A stretch of 64,000 bases of DNA from Selaginella moellendorffii. Taxonomy: Eukaryota; Plantae; Lycopodiophyta. Positions 34,801 through 44,759 of this stretch are shown here, piece by piece. The stretch covers positions 1,694,446 through 1,758,445 of the forward strand of contig NW_003314265.1 in the NCBI RefSeq assembly GCF_000143415.4. Reading direction: 5' to 3'. Numbering within the stretch: the stretch's first letter is position 1; every line of letters starts with the position of its first letter. The notes beneath the pieces were generated by a model that saw nothing but the letters and a program-made list of their open reading frames with translations, made no database searches and was not told where the DNA came from. The translations under genes were made by a program, and so were the position numbers.

Positions 34801-35660
34801 GCTGTTGGGAAGAATCTGGTGCTTTACGGGGGATACAATGGCGTTACGTACCTTGACGACGTTTACAGCTTCGATACAGAGACCTCCTTCTGGAAACGCT
34901 GGAAGATCTTGAAAAGTTCTTCCTCCGGCAGAGACACCGAAATCTATGGGAGGTCCATGCACGCCATGGTTTCTATGGGACAGCGCTTTGTTATAGTTGG
35001 GGGTATACACGAGTATGGAACTCTTGGAGGCGTGGTTTACCTGGAAAACGGTGCAGGTATCGCTTTGCTAGATTTATTTTATTTCTTCTCCCTTAGCTGA
35101 AAGTTTCGTTCTCAGCTGTTGATGGACTTGCGCTGCAAAAGGAGCTCACCAGCGAGCGATGCAAAGTCGAAACTCTCCAGCAAAATCTTGCCCAGTACGA
35201 GGGAATGGTGCATAGAAAGGTGGCCGATCTCGCGCTTGCTTACTCTAAAATCGCTGAGTGCCAGGCCGTGTTGAAGGTAAATATCTCCACACGATCATAT
35301 GAATCTAACTCCGGCGATTCTCAGGAAGAAGTCAAGGCGAGAAAGGCAGGAGCCGTGAAGCAACAAATCCTCATTCAAAAGCTAAAGAAAGTTCGCAAAA
35401 AATCCACCTTGTGGTGATGATGAAAGTTCTTCCCCTTTATACTGAGGTTTTCGCTCTTCGCTCGTCCTTTCTGTCCGATCCATTCGGATTCAGTAGACAT
35501 GTCCTGGAGAACAGTTGATCCAGGAGCGAAGCAATCTTTCTTGGGAAGATCACCAGCGAAGCAGGTAGATGGCAGAAACAGTTCAAGATCTTGGGAGATG
35601 GTGGGCATCATAAACATCATGGCTTAGACAATAAAAGTGATGGAGGGCAGGAACAACCAT
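31850..35660 (+). CDS. Sfi1-like (33-aa, centrin-binding-type) repeat + Kelch beta-propeller + coiled-coil protein, spliced; 3' end uncertain
   Basis: ATG micro-exon 31850-31852. Phase-compatible exons link the W-repeat region (LLQTFEFW, RMAFGAW, LQKSWRSW, LHKSFRGW, LLFTFIGW) to Kelch repeats (PSPRVGHTA..TGGYDG, PAPRRGHEA..VFGGYDG, PTARRHHAM..LYGGYNG) and a terminal coiled coil. Confidence 0.75.
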
Positions 35661-35764
35661 GACCTTCAGGTCTTCAGAACAAGGAAAGAAGAGTGTTCTC
35701 TGTGAGCAATCTCTTTTGTAGGAAGCAATCTAAGATACTTTCTTACAAAATCCTGCTCGTATCC

Positions 35765-37600
35765 AGGACAACCACGAAGGCATCTTTCGACGACAGGGTG
35801 GAGTGTGTTTGTAAGCCAGAAGAAGCCGATACTGTTGGTCATTATAAAATTTTCAAGCCTTTTGATCTGTTTTTCATACCGTAATAATATTACGTAGCAC
35901 GTAGGGGAGATCATGGTGAGTTGAGAATCGGTATTGGGTGTGCTGTGCGCACGCAGAGCAGTTTCACTTCGTCTTCGCTACTGTCTAGCCACAGTATGCA
36001 AATCAGATTCCTGGCTGCTGCTGCTCATGTTGTCTCCACTAAGATCATGTTCACCGTGTTCTACAATCCTCGTTTGACATTCTTTAGATTTAACACGGCA
36101 AAGTGGTGAATTTGTTTCTCTTCAGGGAGTCCAGCTGAATTTGTTGTTCCATACCACAAGTACGTGAAATCTTTCAAGATGAAAATTTTGATTGGTATGC
36201 GCTTCAATGAGATTTGAGACTGAGGATTCGTCGGAAAGAAGGTAAATCGTTATGAAGTGAATCTCTTGTTTTGTCTCCTTTTGCTAACAGTCAGATATAT
36301 GGGAACTATTACTGGAATTGACGATATCGATGCAGCTCGATGGCTCTAAATGGCGCTTCCTAAAGGTAAAGAGTCTTGTCTTCTATATAGGTCGGTTGGG
36401 ACAAGCACGCGGCTAGCAAAAGACAGGAGATAGAGCCATTTATTGCTCCCAATGTGAGGCCAAGGGAAAAATTTCCCTACAGCTCTCTATTCTGAGGCTA
36501 AGATAACTCCAAGAGTTAGTGAGGGTCATAGTGTTCCTGGTTTTCCTTCTGGATTTCCAAGTCCCGGAAACGAGGGGCTACCATCTCATCATAAAGTCGA
36601 TATGCACCAGCAGCAGATGGCCACTGGCAACGATCGCGTGTTTGAGCTCCACGCCGATCCATCGTCCGAGAGCACAGTGACGCTGGTGAGTAGCAAGTAG
36701 CTCGAATCGTGCGTTCGATCCTCTTTTCTTTCAGAGGGAGAATCCTTTGCGGCAGAAAGATGTTGTGAGGATTGGATGTGGCGCCGGCTTTGCTGGCGAG
36801 TTTCGAGAGCAGAAGGTTCCTCCACAATTCTAGAGACTGCAGCAGCCTTCTCCAACCAGCAGCTTCGCTTATTGGCAAGCAGCATTAAGTTGCCCAGTCT
36901 ACTTGCAGCCTCAACGACAACAGACAACTCTTTTCTTAAGCTTCTCATGGCTCACAGTAAGTGAAATCCGTCATCACTTCTTATGTAATACTTTTTTTCT
37001 ACTCTTTTTTGTTCTTTCAGGAGGTGAGGAGCCCCTTGCGAGAGGTAATGCAAACGATTCTCACCGCAAGTGCAAACTATTTGGTTTCTCGTCTCGTTGA
37101 AACCAAAGACAGCTTTGGCCAGCACCGCCAAAGACGACGTCCACAAGGATCTCGAGTTGGAAACTTCCGGCTTCAGGAAGTGTTTTACTGGCCAGAACTG
37201 GAACCAGCAGCAGCAACAACAGCAACCAAGCAGGACGTGCACCAAAGTAAGATCTCATTCTTTATTTGAAGCGCCAGACTCTGAATCTTCTACTTTTCAA
37301 AAGTTCACAAACAGGGTGAGCTTTGGACTTGTCCAAGTTTTGGGGATTATACATGCAACACGCAACTCCTGGAGGAGCTGCAGCATCTGTTCGGCATTGA
37401 CGAGAACCTGAACGTGGCAAGCCGTGTACGTAGATAATGAAGGCGACATGCTGCTCGTCGGAGACGCATTTCATGTTGTGTTTGTTTAACACGACGGTGC
37501 GATGCATACGGATGTTATCGCCGGCTGAGATCCAGAAGCTTCCCGTGCTGGCAACAGCAGCACGGAAGAGCCAACCAGCAGGCTCCGATCAGCAGGATTC
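35765..37600 (+). pseudogene. auxin response factor (class A-like) pseudogene, 5'-truncated
   Basis: GQPRRHL.TTGWSVFVS, GELRIGI, LSSHSMQIRFLAAAAH..FTVFYNPR, SPAEFVVPYHKY, FETEDSSERRYMGTITGI, LKVGWD, Gln-rich middle, PB1 remnants RTCTKVHKQG and DNEGDMLLVGD..VRCIRMLSPAEI; frameshifts and deletions. Confidence 0.85.
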
Positions 37601-39770
37601 CTCGAATAATTAAGTAGCTCGTAAGATTCTTCGTTTTGCACTAATTGAGAACTTCCCCTTTTTGCCCTGTCTATATAAAACAGTACTTAGCTCAAGTTTA
37701 GGGCTCATCGGTGATAAAGGGCTAGGGCAGTGATGGATGCCGCGTCTTGGGGTTTCGCGACCCTTCCACTCTGCCCATTGATCGGAGCTCCAGGTAGGCC
37801 GCTTCGCCTCTCTCCACCCTCGCAAGGTAAGTTCGTTTAGGTAGGGCTTTTCTTTGCGTTAGGAGTAAGACAGATTTGGAAAGCGAAGCTGCTTGCAACG
37901 AGCTAAGAGGTATGCTTGTTGAAACTCTCAACGCTTGAAGACACCTCTTTTCGATTGCAACGCAAAAGGGAGCCAGTGACACAACAAACAACTCAAACAA
38001 GCAAAGTGCAAGACAACGGGCCAAGGAACTCTCAACGCGAAGGGAGCTGTTTGAATACGAACAAAACTAATGATCAACGATACTTAGTTTCACGTTGCCA
38101 GGTTCGCGTGTGTTTCGATTTGTTCTAATTTCTTGTCATGAAGAAGCCAAGTGACATGCTGGTGCTGCTCAACGACGATAAGAACTGAAAAACTCCCATG
38201 TCACAGTGTGTGCCAAGAAGAAAAATGCTACTAGATTGGAGAGATTTTGTGTCAACGTTTCGGAGCTTTGAGTTGTGTTGTTGCTGCGCTCAACGCAAGA
38301 CCCGCGAGCTGAGAAACAACGTTGGGAAACTGCGATCTTCAGAACTTAAATCCAGCTGAAGTCCTACATGACAATGGTCCAACCTCAATGAAAACAACGA
38401 TCAGGGCCGGTCAAGGATCAGCGACGGATCAAGTCCCACCTCGCAAGGTAAGTTCGTTTAGAGTAACAAGAGAGATTTGCTGGAGACAAGAAAGCGAAGC
38501 TGCTTGCAACGAGCTAAGAATTCGTGTTGAAACTCTCAACGTTTGAAGACGCTCTTTCTTTTCGATGCTATGCTCAACGCACACAATATGATATGCTTGA
38601 TCAAACAACTCAAACAAGCTAAGTGCAAAACAACGGTCCAAGGAACTCTCAACACGAAGGGAAACTTGTTGTCAGGTTTGTGTGTGTTTCAATTTGTTCT
38701 AAGTTCTTGTCATGAAAAAGACAAGTGACATGTTGGTGCTGCTGAACCATGATAAGAACTAAAAAACGCTGTGTCCAAGAAGAAAAATGCTACGAGATTG
38801 GAGAGATTCCATGTCAACATTTTGTAGAGATTGTCAGCGATGTTGCTGCTGCTCAACGCAAGACCTGCGAGCTGAGAAACAACATCGGGCATCTGCAATC
38901 TTCAAAACTTCAATCCAGTTGAAGACGTACATGACAATGGTCCAACCTCAACGAAAACAACGATCATGAAAACACTGGCTGTCCAACGATATGGAAGTCG
39001 AAGTTTAACAGGTTCGTGAGCTGTTTGTTCTAACCAAAATGTTTGTTGAAATGTACATGACAATGGTCCAACCTCAATGAAAACAACGATCATGATCCGT
39101 CGCTGATCCTTGACAGGCCCGGTCCACTCTCGCACCTCTCCACCTCGCAAGGTAAGTTCGTTCAGTTTTCTTTGTGTTAAGCGAGTAAGACAACGAAACA
39201 AGAGAGATTTGCTGGAGACAAGAAATATGGTCTAGAATGATCAACGATAAAAGAGAGGCTAGAAGCAATCAAGAATTTGTTGAAGCTCTCAACGTTTGAA
39301 GACGCTCTTTCTTTTCGATTGAGATTGTCGACGGGGTATGCTCAACGCAAAAAGGAGCCAGTGACACAGTCAAGCTAAGATGATATGCTCAAACAACTCA
39401 AACAAACTAAGCGCAAAACAACGGCCCAAGAAACTTTCAACGGGAAGGGAAACTTGTGAATACGAACAAAACTAACGATCATTGGAAGTTGACATACTTA
39501 GCTTGATGTTGTCAGGTTTGTGTGTGTTTCAATTTGTTCTAATTTCTTGTCATGAAAAAGACAAGTGACATGTTGGTGCTGCTCAACCACGATAAGAACT
39601 AAAAAACGCTGTGTCCAAGAAAAAAAATGCTACGAGATTGGAGAGATTCTGTGTCAACATTTTGGAGAGATTGTCAGCGACGTTGCTGCTGCGCTCAACG
39701 CAAGACCTGCGAGATGAGAAACAACGTTGGGCATCTGCGACTTCAGAACTTCAATCCAGTTGAAGACGTA
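37600..39770 (+). repeat. dispersed repeat with three ~620-700 bp tandem units; inverted relative to 9230-10645
   Basis: Unit starts cctcgcaaggtaagttcg at ~37819, ~38438 and ~39143; TATA-like tatataaaa at 37672; splice-donor-like sites; broken coiled-coil reading frame (DLRAEKQRW..). Confidence 0.85.
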
Positions 39771-40373
39771 TGTGTTGGAAGAAATTTGGAGAGAATTCCA
39801 AGCTCAGCCCAGCTTTGTAGTGTTGTGAGGGAATCATTGAGTTGCTCGTTATCGACTGTGGAAACACAGTGATTCCAGGTATAGTAGAATTGCTGGGAGA
39901 GGTCTCTAATGAGTTGGAGTGGCCAGGAAAGAATCCTAGCGCAAGAAATAACCCACCAACTTCTTGGGGGAGTGTAGGAGAAAGATGGAGGCCATTTTTG
40001 TCATGGCTGAGAAGCTAGGAGAGAGATTATTTGGAGAGGCTGTGCACAACATCCTCTTGGTGGTATGAGATGGTGGGCAGCATGATCTTGCTGCCATAAG
40101 ACCTTTGAAGTTGCAGTTGCGCAAGCCAAACAAGGTCAAGAGCACCACCCCTGGATGGTACGCACACAAATCAAGGAGATTGCTCCAAGTTCCATTGAGC
40201 ATAAGTTACAAACTTATTTTTTACTTGTATTTTCGAATTTTACCTTTATTGTTAACTTCCAATTTTTCTAATTTATTTTGAAAGCATAGGACTACTCTTT
40301 TACTTCATGCCATGGTGTAAAGTGAAAGTCTAGAACTATTGGATGCTATAAGTGATACTGGTATCAGTTCTTT

Positions 40374-41483
40374 TTGTACGGGTTGGAAACATGTTACGAA
40401 TCCCCACTCTCAAAATCCCTAGTTGCTGAAGGGGCATTTTGCAGGGCTTGTATGACGAAGTTCCACAATTTCAGCTCGTCGATCTGGTTCCTTGTGCTGC
40501 AATGGGTTTATGCATTCTGGCAAGCAGTGAGGAACACAAAAGGCTTCAACCTGTGCTACTATGGACTGCAGTGGCTCTTGACTAGTGGCGGAACTCCAAA
40601 GAAGAGGATCATTTGGGTCAACAAGGATTACCAAGCATTGGAATCACTTCGAAGGCCATATGGTCCATATAAAGATTGGCAGGAATTCAAGGAGCGTATG
40701 CTTGGCAAGCAAGACAATGGCATCCACTATCTAAGTTTCGAGGACTGCTGGTACCAAGTAGAGTACAACCACAAGTATTACTGGGTGCACCAGGATGTCT
40801 TCTTTGAGGTGTCCGTATACAAGCTCAGCGAGTGTGTCTTCGTCAAGGATCTCTATCATCTTGACCAGAAGTACTCGGTTGCGCAACAAATCAGCGAGGA
40901 GGAGGCCATGCTCATGATGTTCAACAGGGATATGCACTTTTACCCGGTGGAGGAAAGGACTGTTATATACGGAAGAGAGTTCAACATGATGGAGTACAAC
41001 TCAAAACTCTCTGGGTTCCTGGCGACCATACCCCTAATTCTTCAGGCTAGGAAACTAAGCGGGGCTTCGAGTTTAGCATCTTTGCTCTTGCTTCTCATCG
41101 ACTTTTTTAGAACTCCATTATACCGAGGGTATGATCAAGCTTTTTTGCACTTGACTAAGTTCATGAAGCTCTACGTCTTCCAGAAGAGAACATGGTTGTA
41201 CTCATTATTTGGCCTCTTCAGCAATCGGTGGCGTTACAGTGATTTTAACAAGGGTTATGCATACATGACACAAGGAGAAGAGCTTGAGGTCATCTCATAT
41301 GTTAGCATGTTGGGTAGAGACGATTGTACCCTCGTAACGTCAGGGGATCACATCATGTTTCATCCAAAAGCCTACGCCCCGCACTTCACTATCAGGAATA
41401 GCATAGTGTCTTCAGCTCAACCCTGGCAATATATAGGTGATGTGTCCCTCTTCCGAATCAACAAGAAGATATTTATTTCGTGA
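40374..41483 (+). CDS. intronless orphan ORF (~340-370 aa), aromatic-rich, unknown function
   Basis: 1.1-kb uninterrupted frame in a region where neighbouring genes have many introns; first ATG ~40452; followed by a T-run at 41519-41530. Confidence 0.55.
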   Translation: MYGLETCYESPLSKSLVAEGAFCRACMTKFHNFSSSIWFLVLQWVYAFWQAVRNTKGFNLCYYGLQWLLTSGGTPKKRIIWVNKDYQALESLRRPYGPYKDWQEFKERMLGKQDNGIHYLSFEDCWYQVEYNHKYYWVHQDVFFEVSVYKLSECVFVKDLYHLDQKYSVAQQISEEEAMLMMFNRDMHFYPVEERTVIYGREFNMMEYNSKLSGFLATIPLILQARKLSGASSLASLLLLLIDFFRTPLYRGYDQAFLHLTKFMKLYVFQKRTWLYSLFGLFSNRWRYSDFNKGYAYMTQGEELEVISYVSMLGRDDCTLVTSGDHIMFHPKAYAPHFTIRNSIVSSAQPWQYIGDVSLFRINKKIFIS

Positions 41484-41944
41484 GCTGAAAGCCAACCATG
41501 TTAATTTTTGGTTATAAACTTTTTTTTTTTCATTTCAGTAATCACCCATAACACTAAACACTATTATTTTAGCCAAAACCCTTAAGGATTCTAGGTTCAT
41601 CAAGTATTTGTTCTTACCAAAATTCTTGATATTCAACGAACTGGATAATAAACAACTGAAAATAAGTGTCAAATGCCATACTTGTGCTCAAACAACGCAG
41701 TGACACGGTCAAACAAACATACAAAGGGGAAAATGTGCCTTTCTGGAAGCAATGATAATGTGGCACTACAAAAAAACCTACACCAAAACTACGAACACAA
41801 ATCATCTTACCAGATTCGGGTGTTGTGTAGTTTGGTCTAAGTTCTTGTCATGAACGAGCTATTGTGCGATCACAGCTATAGTTTATAATCTACAAGAATA
41901 TACGGCTGGAAAGTGAACCCTGGGTTTAGGGTGGGTTTGCGGTG

Positions 41945-44667
41945 ATGGATCCGTTGGACGCGCTCCGGCCGCTCATGGCGTCCCGCGATCCGCCCCTGGA
42001 CGCACTCATCGTTCCATCCGAGGACGCTCACCAGGTCGGCTCTCTCGATTCTCTTCGCATTCTTCTTCAATCGTCCATTTCATTCTCCAGAGCGAGTACG
42101 TCGCGGACAGGGACAAGCGGCGGGAATTCGTGTCGGGGTTCAGCGGCAGCGCCGGTAAGAGTGATCTCGATTTCCACGTGTTTCCAATCAAACACTCGCG
42201 TGGATTGGATTTTCCTTTTTTCTACACAGGCCTGGCCGTCATTACCAAGAACGAGGCATTGCTGTGGACCGATGGCCGCTACTTCCTTCAGGCCACGCAG
42301 CAGCTCAGCGAGCGGTGGAAGCTGATGCGAATTGGAGAGGATCCAGTCGTGGAAAGCTGGCTGGCCGATGTGAGTTCTTCATGGAGATCTTGGAAAGAAC
42401 TTCGATGCCACACTCTTTGTTTCAGAACCTGGAAAGCAATGCTTCCGTTGGAGTGGACGCTTGGTGTGTCTCCGTCTCTAATGCAAAGAGGTGGAGGGAG
42501 GCGTTCGCTAAGAAAGGAATTGAGCTGGTGAAGACCGAGCGCAACCTTGTCGACGAGATCTGGAAGGACCGTCCCGCGCAACCGGTTTCTCCTGTGACCA
42601 TCCAGCCGCTCGAGTTTGCCGGGCGGAGTGTTGCAGAGAAGCTTGCTGATATTCGTGGGAAACTTTCTCAGGAGAGAGCCTTTGCTCTCGTTGTTTCGAC
42701 ACTTGATGAGGTACCTTCGTCTCCCTCTTTCTCCTTTCACAAAAAATCATCTTTTTTGTTCCGTTGCTGTAGGTTGCTTGGCTTTTTAATTTGAGAGGCT
42801 CCGATGTCATGTACAATCCTGTTGTCCATGCCTATGCGATTGTCACTCTCGATTCTGCGTTCTATTATGTTGATAAGCACAAAATAACTACGGAGGTATC
42901 ATTTCGTCTATCTCTTTTGTTCCTTTTGCTGATATAGTTTCTGCAGGTTGAGAGATTTTTGACGGAAAACCAAGTGGTGATCAAAGACTATGAGGAGGTT
43001 GTACAGGACCTTGATGCGTTAGTTTCCCGTCCCGAAGAAGTAAATGATGGGAAAGGTCTAATATGGATAGATCCGAACTCCTGCCCTCTCAAGCTGTACC
43101 CCGACATTTCAGCCGACGAATTGTTGTTGCAGCAATCGCCAATAGCTCTGTCCAAAGCATTGAAGGTCAGAGAAATTTTATTTATTTTTCCAGAAAACAG
43201 AGTTATTTGAGCTACAACATGGGTACAGCATCCTGCAGAGCTTGAAGGTCTTCGAAACTCTCATGTTCGTGACGGAGTTGCAGTGGTGTCTTTCTTCGCT
43301 TGGCTTGATAACCAGGTCTAAGAGAAAAATGCTTTCGCTATGTTTTTTTTCTTCTCTAAATCGTGTTTGTTTCTAGGACAGATGCAGGAAATTTATGGTG
43401 CCCCTGGTTACTTCCTAGAAACAAAAACATCTCTCAAACGCAAATCACCGTAAGTTTCACGTGCTTGACTTCACTCGGCTAAACTCTTCTGTTTTCAGAG
43501 AGGTGGAGAAATTGACAGAAATTTCTGTAAGTGACAAGCTCGAAGAATTTCGTTCGACGCAAAAGGTTCGATGTGTGCTATGGTCTTTTAGTTAGTGATC
43601 TTATTGTGTTCGATCTGTCAGCATTTCAGAGGACTGAGCTTTGAAACCATCTCCTCGGTGGGAGCAAACGCTGCTGTCATTCACTACGCTGCAAAACCCG
43701 AGAGCTGTGCCGAGCTTGACCCGGACTCGATTTATCTCTGCGACTCTGGAGGACAGGTATAACGTTCTCGTTTCCACGTCTTGACAAGTTTCTTTTAGTA
43801 CTTGGATGGAACAACAGATATCACGCGTACCGTGCATTTTGGCAAGCCTTCGCCGCATGAAAAGGCTTGCTATACCCAGGTTAGTGTCTCCCATCTTCTC
43901 TGTTTTCCTTCTCATAATCTCGCTACCAGGTTTTAAAAGGACACATCGCGTTGGATTCGGCCATTTTTCCAAATGGAACAACTGGTATCTAGCATTCGGT
44001 TACTAGTTCGAACAAATCCTGATGGTTATGTGTTTGTAGGCCATGCTTTGGACGTATTGGCACGGGTTCCACTATGGAAGAGTGGACTAGACTATCGACA
44101 TGGGACGGGTCACGGTGTTGGCTCCTATCTTAATGTTCACGAAGGTAACGCTTACCATGGCGAATTTCTTCAAGCTAATGTTTTACTTGCATTCTTCGCA
44201 CAGGACCTCATCTTATTAGCTTCAAGCCACAGGCTCGAAACGTCCCATTGCAAGCTTCCATGACCGTAACGGACGGCAAGTATTTGCTAACATAAGAAAC
44301 CACAACCGTCTAAGAGCTTCTCTTCCACAGAGCCGGGATACTACGAAGATGGCAAGTTTGGAGTGCGACTGGAAAACGTTCTCATTGTCAAGGAAGCTCA
44401 AACAGCACATAATTTCTCAGACAAAGGCTACCTTTGTTTCGAGCACATCACTTGGGTATGGAGTGTTCTTCATGAGCTCTCCAGCTCTTATCCTTTTCTC
44501 CTGTCTTTCAGGTCCCTTTCCAGAGGAAGCTCATCGACATGTCGCTACTGTCACCCGAAGAGATTGCATGGGTCAACGAGTACCATGTTGGCTGCCGAGA
44601 GAAGCTGGGACCTCATTTGTCTGGTGTTCACTCGGAGTGGCTCCTTGATGCAACACAGCCTCTATAA
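41945..44667 (+). CDS. APP1: Xaa-Pro aminopeptidase (aminopeptidase P1), many exons
   Basis: [15 protein letters not shown]|[16 protein letters not shown]|[21 protein letters not shown]|[19 protein letters not shown]|[30 protein letters not shown]|P, TD|[16 protein letters not shown]; stop TAA at 44667. Confidence 0.95.
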
Positions 44668-44759
44668 ATTCTGGACTTGATAATCTTCCAAGTTTTAAGA
44701 TACAATTCGGTGTTGATTTGATTCTATGCAAAGTCGAGAAGTAGAAGACGAACCTTGGT

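Noticed and set aside
41580-41810. Minus-strand FEHKYGI*HLFSVVYYP resembling an integrase core segment
   Set aside because: Single short motif with no flanking DDE residues; could be chance.
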